DNA of 64,000 nt from Trichoplax adhaerens (lineage: Eukaryota > Animalia > Placozoa). The position numbers were made by a program, and so were the translations under genes. Below are positions 11,118 to 25,097 of this stretch, in pieces. The notes beneath the pieces are model-generated. The model did not search any database, was not told the DNA's origin, and saw only the letters and a list, made by a program, of their open reading frames with translations. The stretch spans positions 3,664,449 to 3,728,448 of the forward strand of contig NW_002060949.1 in the NCBI RefSeq assembly GCF_000150275.1. Direction: 5' to 3'. How positions within the stretch are numbered: the stretch's first letter is position 1; each line of letters begins with the position of its first letter.

Positions 11118-11532
11118 TTTCGTTGGCCAAAACTGCACAGGCGGACGATTTCGTTGCTTATTTTAACTATTCTGTTCATCGAAAACCGTTCTCTCTACTT
11201 TAGTGTTCTGTAGCTACCATTTTCGTGGCCAAAACTGTACAGGCGGACGATTTCGTTGCTTCTTTTCACTATTCTGTTCATCGAAAACCGTTCTCTCTAC
11301 TATAGTGTTCTGTAGCTACCATTTTCGTGGCCAAAACTGTACAGGCGGACGATTTCGTTGGTTATTTTCACTATTCTGTTCATCGAAAACCGTTCTCTGT
11401 ACTATAGTGTTCTGTAGCTACCATTTTCGTGGCCAAAACTGTACAGGCGGACGATTTCGTTGGTTATTTTAACTATTCTATTCATCGAAAACCGTTCTCT
11501 GTACAGTACTATAGTGTTCTGTAGCTACCATT
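11118..11532. repeat. Tandem repeat, 102-bp unit, ~4 copies
   Basis: The CGATTTCGTTG anchor recurs at 11146, 11248, 11350 and 11452; units are near-identical. Confidence 0.95.
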
Positions 11533-11630
11533 CCCAAGTTAGTTAGCTCATAATACAGTGTACACTTTCAATCTTGCGATATAGGGAATACACTTGGCAA
11601 TGTCAATACGTTGACGTTGACGACAAACTT

Positions 11631-11932
11631 TTACTGTATAACAACGTATACATAACTGTCAATGGCACCTTTCCAGTTAAAGATCCTGTTCTACACCGAG
11701 TAAAAATTTTTGAATCAGTTGATGAGTTGACAGAATTTACCAGCATCCTTGAGTATTATTCCATTGATATGATTGGTCAACTTACTGTATAGCAACGTAT
11801 ATATAACTGGCAATGGCACCTTTCCAGTTAAAGATCTGTTCAACACCAAATAAAAATTTTTGAATCAGTTGATCAGTTGACAGGATTTACCAGCATCCTT
11901 GAGTATTATTGCGTTAATAGGATTGGTTAACT
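11631..11932. repeat. Tandem duplication, ~151-bp unit, 2 copies
   Basis: TTACTGTATA..CAATGGCACCTTTCCAGTTAAAGATC..TAAAAATTTTTGAATCAGTTGAT..TTTACCAGCATCCTTGAGTATTATT begins at 11631 and at 11782. Confidence 0.93.
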
Positions 11933-12345
11933 ACAGTATGATGTGTGTTTGGAAGTAATTCTAACATACAGAACTGTAAAGTCCGCGGCAAAATGGGCGT
12001 TTATACAGTATGATGATTAATTCAGTAAACTTGATTAAACTCCTTAATCAAAGAGACTAATGTCAAGTAGTCGATTATACGTACACTTCTAAGTAGATTA
12101 TTGAATCGAAGTATCATTTTAGTAGTTCCATCAGTAGTATGAATCATTTTATTCACTACTTCTACATGCTCTCGACTTCTTATAAACAGCTATACTACAC
12201 ATTCTAGTGGATATCTCGCACGAGCTGATTGATGCTACGTATCAATGCGAGTAAGCCACAAATGGTATCTCGTTAGCAAATCGCCTGTACTGTATATATA
12301 GACTGTACACCATAACGTAAAAAATGTGCTACGGTAATGATAATA

Positions 12346-12897
12346 GAGTAATTAGGAAAGATACTTGCATCTATTGGCTATGCTCATTAAATGTAACTAT
12401 GTCTATCTTTGTAAGCTAGAAATACATAGGCTTTGATACTTGAGTAATTGGGTAAGATACTTGCATATATTGGCCATGCTCATTAAATGTAACTATGTCT
12501 ATCTTGTTAGCTAGAAACGCACAGGCTTTGATAATTGGGTAAGATACTTGCATCTATTGGCATGCTCATTAAATGTAACTATGTCTATCTTGTAAGCTAG
12601 ATGCACAGGCTATGATACTTGAGTAATTAGCAAAGATATTTGCATCTATTGGCTATGCTCATTAAATGTAACTATGTCTATCTTGTAAGCTAGATGCACA
12701 GGCTTTGATACTTGAGTAATTGGGAAAGATACTTGCATCTATTGGCTACGCTCATTAAATGTAACTATGTCTATCTTGTAAGCTAGAAATACACAGGCTA
12801 TGATACTTGAGTAATTAGGAAAGATATTTGCAGCTATTGGCTATGCTCATTAAATGTAACTATGTCTATCTTTGTAAGCTAGAAATATAACAGGCTA
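12346..12897. repeat. Tandem repeat, ~90-96-bp unit, 6 copies
   Basis: The core GCTCATTAAATGTAACTATGTCTATCTT occurs six times, with small indels between units. Confidence 0.95.
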
Positions 12898-13731
12898 TTG
12901 TACTGTACTATGTAAAATATAAATGAGTGTATCATGACTACGACAGAATTCCTATAGTCGGATTAATGATACGTAAGTTTTGAAATATCATAATACGAAT
13001 ACATCCCGAAAAATTTAATTTCTACCGCCAAAATATTTATTGCAAAGGGAAGAAATAATTAATAAGGTTTACCAAGTGCTGACTCTAGTCAAACATTCAT
13101 CATTTACATATTGCTTCTCAATACCGGATACTGAAATCATAAATTCTTTTATTACAACAATTTGTATAGAAATACCTTCCTAAAAATTGTTCATCTGTCA
13201 CGGTCGAGCTTGAGAATGTCGATGTGTTACAGTTTTGTAAGTTTAAAACGTTAATTCTATGCGAAAGGCTTATAATTTTGCTATTTGTTAATGCTTATAT
13301 TATTCTTAAGTAATTAACTATTATCTAAGGTTAAGTAAAGTCATGTTTGAAACATTTTGGATGAGTTATTGTTGTGTAATTGGATAACTCATCTAAAGTG
13401 TTTAGGTAGGTTATCATGATCTAAAGCTTTCCGAAAATATGAAATTGGTTTAGTTGTCGATGAGAAAGTTTATGTTTACTTAATAATAAACTTACTTAGT
13501 TACCGTGCACGCTTATTGGCTGTTTTTGCGTCAGATTTAGAGGATACTACTGTAGTCACAGAAACTATCTAGTACTTAGTTGTCTGGGGTTTGTAAACGC
13601 TCAGAGATTTAGTTAACTACTTTAATTTGCATAGTTCAATCAGAGGGACGATTGAGTTATCTATTGGTAATCGTTCCTGTAGTATTCGTTAGTCGTTTAT
13701 GTTGCAATATGGCAGGATTACTGTACAGGGG

Positions 13732-16700
13732 TTAATCATTCTTAATGTGAATTTCAGAATATGATGCAAACAATAATACTAGTAACACTGAGGATAAAAG
13801 GCCAACCCAACCAAACATTGTTATACCGTAAATAGAAAATAAGTACGAAGCAATTGGAGGACTAATAAGTCGAATTCCGAATTCAACAGTAGCTATCATG
13901 CCAATCATGGAACCACTATCACTTTCCGGAGCAAGACTTGTAAGGCAGCTACTTAAAATAACTTGAAATGTATCTGTTCCCATTGCAAGCAAGAACATGG
14001 CCAGGCAATACGGGATAAGGTTTGTTGTAAATGCCTTTCAGATAAAATAAAATAAAAATAAATGAAGAGACACAACTATTGCAATAAATTCAATAGCATT
14101 AATTTATACATTTGAATTTAGATTAAAAGCTATTATGCATTGAAATATATTTATCAGAAATGGTTAGAAAGTTGGATCCGTACCATGATAATGTAGATAA
14201 TAATCAATGACATTGAATCGTATTTCAAAACGGTGTATTGAGAATATAGGTCTGTTATATAACCAACGAAAAATCCCTGTACAATCTATAAAACCGCAGT
14301 AAATACATTTCATTGAAACGATAGAAAGGCATAAATCAAACGTCCAATAATTAAGCAGAAGTAACCTTACCGTTGTTAATACTCCAAGATAAGCTAGCAT
14401 TAATCCATTTGCTTGAGCGCCCAAATGAAAGTGATCCATTAAGATTAAGCTTATCACTGATTGTATTAAACCGAGTGGAAGGAAACTAACTAGCTTTAAT
14501 ACCAATAGGAACAATACGTGAGGATACGCTAGTAATCGAAATGCATCCGAAATACTTGTAGATGAGCTTTTTTTGCTTTTTTCTACGTACAATAGTTGTC
14601 AAAACAACCGTGATTGTGAAAAAAATTAATCATACAGTCTCTAATATAGTCTTAAGGTGTTCTATAGTCTGAAATACGAAATGTTATGACGATAAGAATA
14701 TTCACTGTCAAGACTTTTTCTTTAAATTAAAATATCGGCTTAATTTACTAACCTTTCTGTTCATCTTCAGAATTTCCCAAATACATCTTGGTATTCTTTG
14801 GAATAAACATCATAGTAATCATTACGTGTAGAACAGCCCCAAAAGCCGATATCATTGCGGTAGTTTGTTCTCCATAACTGGCTTGAATCCATCCACCTAG
14901 AACTGACCCGACCAACATACCAAAGCCGAAACACATTCCAACTTTACCTAAAGCATCTGGACGCTCTATAAGTATATATATATATATACACATATAGGAC
15001 TATTTTATTCAAAATTTTGTGAAATCGCTATTAAATATTACACTGTAATGTAAATATTAAGGTCAACATGGAAATAGTAATTTCAAGCAATTATTTAACA
15101 ATTTTAAGCCCAATACTAATACCATTCACAGCATTTGCTAACCTTTTGGATCAGAAACATCGGATGCTATCATCTGGTGAGCTATATTCATTCAAATAGT
15201 TAAATGCAATCATTGATTGGTCGTTTTTGCTTAATTTTTTTCCGAACTAGGGCATTTAAACTGACTTTAACTATTATATACGAGTGTATTAATCAAAAAT
15301 TAAAGTACTGTAGTCAAAATGAATACAGTAACTCTATGTAAAATTAACTACAATTCCACTATTTATAGCAGTATATGATCGATAAGCTTCAGATTATTTT
15401 CGGTAGTTTTACAGTAATGAGTAGTCCTCTAAAATTACATTTACGGTATAGCAAAATAATTATCAATTGAAGACACTGTTACGATATCTAAATTACGAGA
15501 CACAAATATCTACTTATAAGACAGTGTAATATTGTATTCTAAGTTGATGATATCTTTAGTAATGTCTACCGTAGTTATTGTGTTCAAGGTTTGATAGATA
15601 TTCCGTTAGAGGCTTAAGTATTAAATATAGCTAGCTTAGCTGTATCCTTTTGAAAAGGAGTGCTCACACTAGAGCTTCACAAGAAAGGTGTGAACTATCC
15701 TGTATTTGAGATGCTAATATTGAAGTGTGTAGTAAGTAAGGTGCTAAGATTATTAACGTGAAAAATATATAAGCGAGTAGTTTAATACAGTAAAATAGTT
15801 CTTTCTCGTTAGAGGTCCTCAACTGATCGATTACGTTGTATCTTTGTAAACGAGGTTTTGTTCAATAAATCTTAATTTTCTAAAGTGTTGAAGATGCTTG
15901 ATCTATCAACCTCATAATACTCTATGTTGTGGAAATGCTGAGAGATGCAATACATTGATATTCATTCCACCGAATACTTAGTACTGTATATTATTAGTTA
16001 AAAAGCTAGTAACAAGGTTTTATGTTTAAAGCATCATCGTATTGTACTGTAAGCACGTATTACGCGAAATTCGATTGTAGCTTTTGTACCTGGTAAGCCA
16101 TGAGCTAAACATAACGCTATCTGTGATAGAAACAAGAGGTATTTGCTGCTTGCGAAAGCTACCATTAGGTAATAGCATAAACTCGATAAGTCAGCAATAA
16201 TGACAGCATAACGTGCTCCATAATGATCAGCAATGCGTCCAAATATAGGGGAGCCGGTAAACATAGCAGCTGCTCCAATAGTTTGCAAATATCCGAATTG
16301 TATTGCATCCATGCCAAGTTTCTTGGATAAAAACTAGAATACGCGCGATATATTCGTAAGTAAATATTTTAATAATGCTTATCAATAATGCAGTTGCAAT
16401 TCTCGAAAGTACAGGTTTCTTACAGTCTTATCCATGCACAAATCTAGGCTCAGAATCTCTATCAAACAACTACTCTACGATCTGTAAGCTAACTGTACAC
16501 CTTCTACTGATAGCAGTGTAGCCGATAATATAATTAAGAGCTAGTTACAGTATTAAGATTAAGCTATAGCCATGCCCGTTAAGGTAATTTTAAGTATCTC
16601 TATCAAACAACTACGCTACGATTTGTAAGCTAACTGTGCACTTTCTACTGATAGGACTGTAGCCGATAATCAAGAGCTAGTTACAGTACAGTATAACGAT

Positions 16701-16916
16701 TAAGCTAATTGGTATTTCCTGCTTGTATGATTAAAAACTCAATATACGAGTATATTCATTGTACAGCACTGTATATTGCTAAATTTAAAAGAAGAAAATA
16801 GACTATACCGGTGAAACAGATAACTGGATAAAAAATGCCATAGAGGAGAGAAAGGCACTGGCATGACAGCTTTGCAAACAGCGAGTACGAAATTGCTTTA
16901 ACGCGTGTTGATCCAT
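13732..16916 (-). CDS. SLC22A18: MFS transporter, SLC22A18-like, 7 exons, 406 aa
   Basis: Exons at 16809-16916, 16090-16333, 15143-15181, 14753-14965, 14371-14582, 14184-14285 and 13732-14034 (sum 1221 nt). FLSKKLGMDAIQFGYLQT, PIFGRIADHYGAR (MFS motif A) and HQMIASDVSDPKERPDALGKVGMCFGFG match SLC22A18 as I recall it. Confidence 0.88.
16456..16706. repeat. Intronic tandem duplication (~140-bp unit, 2 copies) in SLC22A18-like intron 1
   Basis: TCTCTATCAAACAACTAC..TGTAAGCTAACTGT..TTCTACTGATAG..GTAGCCGATAAT..AAGAGCTAGTTACAGTA occurs at ~16456 and ~16597. Confidence 0.85.
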
Positions 16917-18713
16917 AAATTCTAGATTCTATTGCTTGATTGAGGTTGAATTGGCAATACTTAAATTACGGCTATGATGAACGATTGGAAAAGGTGCTCG
17001 CGAACATGCAAACAAATTCTTAATGGATGATCGACTCTTACATGTACTTTTAGTGATCGCATCAGCTCCTAGATTGATGTCTACAATAATATAATTGCTT
17101 GTCCGATATACACTTTTATCAGCTCTCTGTCTTCTTTTAGTTGTATAAACTACTTACAATATGAATGCATCATCCCAATGCTGATCTGCAAAATTCCTGC
17201 AAGTCGAAATACATAGGCAATAGTTTGGTTCTTATAGTACTATTCTTCAGGCATGCTTCCATGACATTAAGAAACGTTTGATCATTGGCCGGATCCCCCC
17301 ACTCAAACAAAAGAAACTAGGCGATTAGGCCAATGAGCAAACGCTTCTTGTTGACTTTGTAACTTCAGTATGTCCTCCTATTTTTATTTTTGAGATTGGT
17401 ATCTTTAACAAATAAATAATAATATTAATATTAAATATACAGTACTGTATATTCGTATTTATTAGACAGTGAAGACACTTGGACTTTGACCCTTTTCGAC
17501 TAGAGCGGTGTACAAGGGAAACAGTACTGTTACGACAGTCTAGTACTGTATATTGAAAGAGAAGGACAGCAAACGATCGTTCATAATTTGCAATAAATTA
17601 TGCTAACCATACAACTAAGGTTCAGTAACTAAAACCTTAGGTAAACAATAACAGTTTGAGCCGCAGTATCCAAGTCAGAAGTGAATTCAAGTCGAGGATC
17701 ATCATTATTCTGACCCGAAGCATGTGAGCCACACTGATCTTAATGAACAATAATATTTTTGAAAGGGAGGGCATTGCACAGTTGTGGCTTGTAGGCTGTT
17801 TTTGAATCAAGAACGAAGAATGCTAAAAATGTGCAACTGACTACTGATTTTATTTTGCTAGTCATTTCAACTGAAATTAGTTTTGTCTTTAGATTCAGTT
17901 TTGCAGAATTCACACATGGAATTTTTTCCTCTACAGTACCGCTATCAACTTGGAATGCTTACAGTACTGTATATTTTTACGTGTATATGCAAAACGTTAT
18001 AGCTTATTCAAGTGCCTAGCTATGTGCTTTAAATCTAGCAGCGAGCTAAGCAGTAAGTACTTCGTTTGACTAAGGTGAATGAAAATACGGTTGGACACTA
18101 CTAAGCAATATTCATTTTTAAAATGAATGCATGCATAGCACCTTTTAGCACTTTACTGCTGTAATCCGACTAGTGGTTAAATGAATGAATAACTCGCATT
18201 TCGTACGCTTTAAAATTAGCAATATTCGCTCATGACTTGAACGTCAAAAGTGAAATTATGATTACCACATGTGAGCAGAATCAAATCATTTTCTGTTGTA
18301 ACTTAGTGTCTTCAGTACAAGAACTACAGTACTGTACAGTAGACTCCAGGGATATTTCACCTTAATTTTACAGTACTGTAAAATTACTGTAAGAAATTTT
18401 CATTTAGTACTGTAGCAATTTTGGACTATTGACAGATTTTACGTGAAATTAGGACAAATCTATCCAAATAAAAGCCAGATTTACATCCCTGAGTTATTGG
18501 CCTACGTCTACATACAAGATTGATCTACTTTAGGCTTGGTTTAGCCTACACAGTTTATTTTCCTTAGTGCCACCAAAGTTAATCCAGTTGTAATTTACAG
18601 TGTACAGTAAGTAGTACTGTACCTGCATCACCTGTATCATACTGTACAAATACTTACAGAGTTACAGTAGAAGTCCCAGCCTGCTAGTATCAGCCTTCAA
18701 CGTCCCAGTTGCC

Positions 18714-20374
18714 ATGGAAACTGGAAATAAAGAGTTGATACTCATAAATAACCAGCGAAGGAAGATGGCTGCCCAGGTAAAAGCTTCTCCGTTACAATTT
18801 CTTTTAAAATGGTGTTGGTCGTCGTATTGCTATTCTATAGACTATATTTCTATCTGTTTCATACATGCCAATTGTCGAGAATGAGTTACTGTTATGAATT
18901 AACAGATTATGACATGCATTAAAGTACACCGAGCAAATGTTTGAACTCCAAATTTAAACCTATTGAAATAATGTTCAATATTATAGCCAGCTTCATGCTT
19001 CCATTAATGTATAAATATTAATGTATAAAGAACTTCGAGTACACTACATGCGCGTATTTCATAGATTAACACTTCAGTCTAAGGAATAAGCCTAGTTCTG
19101 TAGTATTGTAGTATACAGTATAATAAGTACTTTACTTAACATAGTCTAAGCTAACGTATAGTTGATGGATAAATCGGAGAAAAGCCACTACGAAAACTCT
19201 CCCATAATCTAGATTTACATTTCTTTTAGGCGTCCAATGTTAAATTACCATCACTAAATAGGCAAAGAAAGTATAATGATGATAGTGATGATGAAGCAGT
19301 ACCTGTAACACGTTTTCGTCCAAAGAATCGTAAAAAGATCAAGCCTTCACAATGGAAGAAATTAACCGATTTGGAAAAAAGTCGTTATATGGCAGTAAGT
19401 GCTACTATCTTAAAGTTAACATATCTGCTTTATTCTGTCGAATTATAGGAATCTAAGTTCAGAGTGTTAAACGTATTGATCTTGTGATCAATAAAAATTG
19501 TGACACTTATTTAATATATGTATGTATGCGATCGATACATCAGTTTCATTTATTTTTAAATTGCTTTGCTCTTCCTAAGTATGAACCCCCAACCAAAGAG
19601 GCCTTAAAAAGTCAAAAAGAGTCTATTAAACGAATTAGAGATGCCAAAGCAAAGTTAACTGCGTAAGAGAGAAAATTGAGATGTACCGTCATCAATTATA
19701 AGTATAACTTGGAGTTGCACTCACTGTATCGAATTACTACTTTGTTAGCATCCGTCAGTTTGAACAATCGCAATTTGACGAAGAAAAAGAAAAGCATAGC
19801 CAACTCATAGGACAATTAAAGTAATTATCGTTGTAAATATACATACTCTTCTAGTACTATATCTGCAATTTCACGAAAATTTCAATATTGATATGTTTAC
19901 GAATAACTACTTGTTTATTAAACAGAGCTGCAGAGGCTAGAAACAGACTAAGACTGATGAGAATTAGATATGAAAATAACCGGGTATTAACCATGATCAT
20001 AGTGTTATTGTGATGATCTATGTATAATACTTATAAATCTGCCTTTATTCTCATTGTAATTATTAGGAAGCTGAAATGAATCATCTTATTGCATGTCAAC
20101 CGACGTCATTGCGGGCAATTCGATTACAAACTTTAGTTCCACCTCGACCAAAACCTACTCAATTTGATGATTTACTTGATAAACTGGAGGTAAAAGTTTT
20201 GGAATTACATTTAAAGCAACAGTTAATCATTTGTAATGACATAATGCAGATTTGTAGAATGAACTAATTCTAACCTATTAATATCAACGTTTATAACAGA
20301 GAGTTCGAGTGGAAAATATCATTGAAGATGATCGAGAATTAACAATAACAAGAGAATTAACGAGAGCAATATAA
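18714..20374 (+). CDS. LKAAEAR1: LKAAEAR motif-containing protein, 7 exons, ~212 aa
   Basis: Exons at 18714-18776, 19230-19394, 19580-19662, 19749-19820, 19926-19983, 20067-20189 and 20300-20374 (sum 639 nt). Spliced product contains SRYMAYEPP, LIGQLKAAEARNRLRLMRIRY and HLIACQPTSLRAIRL. The first exon is the least certain. Confidence 0.88.
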
Positions 20375-21902
20375 TATCGATAAATACATTGTACTGCTTC
20401 CCTTTTTATGGATAGTAGTAACAATTGTTGTAAATATCTGACAGATATTTTGTCATTTTATATTACATCGGGTAATATCTATGTATAGTTATTATGAATG
20501 ATAGCTACCGGTTCGTGTAATATAATATACCCAATTTTACAATAATGTTTTTGTATACAAAGAATTTTTTTCATTGTATATTCCTAGAATATATTTTAAA
20601 TATAACTTTTAATGTACAGCTAAGTATAAACGATATGGAATTATCAATATTGTGCCGTAAGAAAATATGAAAAGTAATGAGTGTAACCCTGTTAAATATT
20701 TACAAACAGAATTATGATGTAAGATGTGCAAAGTGTACAGTAATGGTAGCACATAATTATATTGTAACTGAGGTTTTTTCAGCATTATGCAAAGCATATT
20801 GATTTTAGTGAGTAATTTTACTAGGTTTAGCTTTAGATGATGTAGAGTGGATATGTGAACCTTAATAAGAGTTGATATCATAGAGATTGCTATATAGTGC
20901 GGAGACCAGAGTGTAGTTTACCAACGTGAAGGTAGTTTTGTCGAACTAAAAATAGTAAGATTTATCTCGATAATTGCTGATATCATGAAACCTTAATAAA
21001 CTATTTATTTCGGATTTAATTAAACAGCGTGATTAATTTTCGAAAAGCAATTACGTCTATTGAAATTATCAGAAGTTGAACTCTTTAACAAAAACTACCA
21101 TAGACGACCCCTAAATATTTTCATTACATTTTGCAATGACTTAAAATTGTTGTTGCAATACAGTACATTAATTGAATTTTACTAAAACACGTTCCCGTCC
21201 TATCGCCTTGGAAGAAGTCTGATGCATGATTCTTTCATGAAGAAATTTAGTATGGATTGTAAATATCATTATGCTAGTAAAGTTTTCAAGTACAGTATAT
21301 GGTGCAGTTTCATGGTATATATACATTTTGTTAAAAATATACTGTTCTGATAGGTACATTACAATTATTAATTATAGGAGGAAGTTTAAAAGTAATACTC
21401 TGTGCGTAAGCGGTATCTCAAGCTTTGGTTACAAATGTATGTACTGGCTAACAAACTGTATAAGAGATATTTATTAAAATGAATTTCTAACTGTTCATAG
21501 GAAGTATTTCTAAACGTTATCTGCATACGTAGCTTATGACTTGTAAGTGAGGACATCAATAATCTAAATATCAAACTACAGTTAGCAATTCTATGCGTCC
21601 TTTATTAGCTTTAATATGATAAAACGCATCTTAGAGTATTACAAATGATAGTCATATTTTCAGCTCTTTCACACTGTTTTAGGGTATTGCTTACAAACGT
21701 CTATGTATATTTTCTGTATATATCAACGCTAAGAATATTGAGCAACAATAGCGATTTTATGCCATAACAACTTTAAAATTGACAGATCCGTTACATATAT
21801 TGATAGGCAATGCCACAGATAGGTGATCAAAGAACGTCACCAGTATGCAACAGGGTAAAATAGAAATATTTAAATTGTAATGAATTGTCATTTCCCAATA
21901 AT

Positions 21903-24900
21903 TTACTTCTTGGCAGTTACGCCTTGCTTTTCATTTTCATTAGGAACCTGCTTTCCAAGATACTCCCTACGAAAAGTTTATACAGTATCAAATGATCAAG
22001 TTATAACAAATCTGTAATTTACTGCATTGATGTAAGATGTAGTAAAATCAATCAACGAGCACAAATCTATCACAGACTAAATATATAATCATAGCCTACC
22101 AATGATGCACCATCAATTTCTGAACAGCCAAAAGTGCTTCGTATCGCACTTGTTGATCAGAATGTGTCATCAGTTGCATTACACGCTCTTTACCACCGAA
22201 TTTTTCAATCACCCTGAGAACAACAACACTTTGGGTGTCACCGGCTAGGATATCATACAGTGTTCTGCTACAAGGTTTATAGTCATTAAACAAGTAAATC
22301 ATAATATAGAACATACCTTTTTCCAGCACCATAATGACGGACATATTCTCCAATGTCGTGAGCTGCGATTGCTAAAACTAGAGGATCTCGGCTATCTGAT
22401 AGTAGTTGTAACAAGATCCTGTAGGTAATGACAAATTATTTGTAAAGATTAATTACTATTCGATTGTCGGAAAAAAATCTTGACTTTTAAATTTACTTAC
22501 TTTAATATTTCGTAATTGTTTTCATTTAGCATAGAAGCATTCTCTCGCTAAGAATAAAGTATAAATTATGCAATGTTTAAAATAGGATTTCGCGTAAACC
22601 TATCTCATTTGTGACTAGACTATGCTTTTAACTAGTATATAAGTATATACCCAAAATCGCTCCGAACGATGTACTGGGCTCCATTCTAAATGGCCAGACT
22701 TTACTTCTCCAGCATACTCGTCAAAGGTACTAATAGAGGAAATCAATGGTTAATACTGTCTTATCATCATCAGACATAACTACAACTATACTCTACATTT
22801 TCGAAATTACCTTAAGAAATTAAGATTCATTGACAGTTTTTCATGAATGAAGTCGATATCGTCCTGAAGAAGTAATCTAATATTATAAGCTGCTAACTCC
22901 GGCTAAAAATGAGTTCCATAATGTATGAATATAGTTAGTTTATCGTTTGCATCCTACCTTAATATCACTGTCAGCCCAATTCTTATTTTCGAGAACAATC
23001 AACATCTAAAATCAAAAAACACCAGGCATATCATCGCAGGTAATATTAACTTAAAAGACTATACAATATTATAGATTAGGCATGGCACTTATTATAGGTG
23101 ATATAAAACAGCGCTTGCTTCGATAACGTAATGAGACGGCGCTCTATACTAGAATTCCTGACTCACCGATATAACTTTTGAGTGAATCATTGCAAGAGCA
23201 TTTCCTTGTACTTCAGAAGGAGAAGGCTTCTCTAATAAATTCTGTAGACATTTTAGAAGTAAAACTATTAAATTGCGAATATGCCCGCATAACCTTCATC
23301 GATATACATATACTGTACGAGGTGTTTTTGTTTTAATAGTGAGATCAGGTTGCTTTAGCTTACTCGTAGAGTTGCCAAGACAATTCTGGTTACTTTTTCT
23401 TTAGAAGAATCACGCAAAATATCGGCAAGCACTGGAATTACGTTATGCCTATTAATTACATTATTATTATAGAACATTAGTACAAATTGTCATTCCTTAA
23501 CGGTAAGCAAATCAAACAACTTACTCATTCATTTTGGTAGCAATTAAGGGATTAAATGCTAACAACCACAAGCAATGAGTAATTTGATATTGCAGCTGAA
23601 AGCTAACTTTTGTATTTAAAAGGTCAACAAGCCTAATAAAAGGTGATCATTTTCAGTTTACAAGGCTAAATGATAAGCTTTGTTTTGACAGTATGAATTT
23701 ACCCTTTAATTCCATGAGTTTTCACAAACGATAAACGATAGTCATCTACACGGAGTATAGTTTGCAGGACATTAACAACACTCTGCAAGTAATCATTTCC
23801 CTGAAGAGGAGCAATAATAGACTTGATTAGTCAGTTATGATTCCCTAGTTTTAACCGAGTTTATGAAGAAGGAGTTATAATGTGGATGAATAGAGCATTA
23901 CCAGTACAGTTAATTGATTATTTAACCAGGTTAGATAGAAGTTTAGGTCACTTCCTTGTAATCTAGCGCTGCTAAAAGAGGCTAACTTTGCCATAATTCG
24001 GCTAGACTGTAAATTGAGTAATTATATAAGAAAAATCAAATTAGTCAGGTATCGGATTGATTTTAGATTTAACAGCACGAGTAAAGTTGTAACATTTGTG
24101 AAACTATTACCATATGCACTGTAAAAATATCTTGACGGTTAAGCAGATTTAAGAATGAAGACCATAATTGTGCGCTTTTATTTCTATATAAATTAAGATT
24201 GTTGAAAATATTAGTAAGACTTTTACTAAAGAGGTTCAAATAATACTATTTTGCGTTCGAGCAGAAAGTGTAGGTAATAGAATTCGCTTACACTTCAGTG
24301 TATTCGTGGAAGAGTTTAACACGTGATTTATCTTCCTATAATATTTTTAGTCAATAAAAAGTTCATTTAAATAATGATAGAAACAACATTTAATACCCCT
24401 AAAAAAACTGTCGTATTTGTATTAACCTCAAACATGTCATCAATCAGTGTTAGTATATACTGAACAGTTTGATCCTTTGAGATTCGACTAATCAGATTAA
24501 TAAACGTTTTAGGGCACTGCCATAAAAATAATTGCAAAAGAAAGTAGTCGATTAGTTGAAATTTTGTTATTGCCGTCGCTATCACGGGTTCATATTATGA
24601 TAAGAGAACAGCCATTCAGTGGCTTTGATAAGTATACCTCCAACTTTGAGTTTTGGATGAAAGCATCGCGTTCTTTGGGAGCCTCTTTCAGTTTATCAAA
24701 TTCAACAATAAAATTATAATCCGATTCAGTAATCATTTGGCACCTGTAATCAAAAAAATATTAGCTCCGTGTTGAAATGCTAGAGTGCGATAAGATCAAA
24801 TGAATTCGATGTTCTGTAATATCATTCAACATGTACTTACTGCAGATACGATTGCCAGTTAATAAAAACACCTCTAATTTCTGCAGCTTGCATCATTAGC

Positions 24901-25097
24901 TTATCCTGAGCTTGGACGGCTAATAAGATCCAAAAATATACAATAAATGGTAATGAAAGCTTATTACTGTATTTTCTTCTAAGTGATAACGATACTAAGA
25001 CTACTCATAGTTGATTACCTTGTTGATCAGCAGTCTCAGTTTCCATACCAACGGAACTGATGACCGTGTCCAACTGTTTATATTCCGCCGTAGACAT
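21903..25097 (-). CDS. ATP6V1H: V-type proton ATPase V1 subunit H, about 18 coding exons
   Basis: Spliced motifs: [146 protein letters not shown]. Stop at 21903-21905. Start is taken at ATG 25095-25097; a longer N-terminus is possible (see findings). Confidence 0.95.

Noticed and set aside
11118-12897. Repeat arrays as CRISPR, and ORFs 11203..11472 and 11574..11792 as proteins
   Set aside because: Units are contiguous with no unique spacers, there are no cas genes, and the context is eukaryotic. The repeated peptide only reflects a 102-bp unit divisible by three.
768-16916. A functional module linking the deiodinases with HACD and the SLC22A18-like transporter
   Set aside because: Adjacency alone is weak evidence in an animal genome, and I saw no shared regulatory signal.
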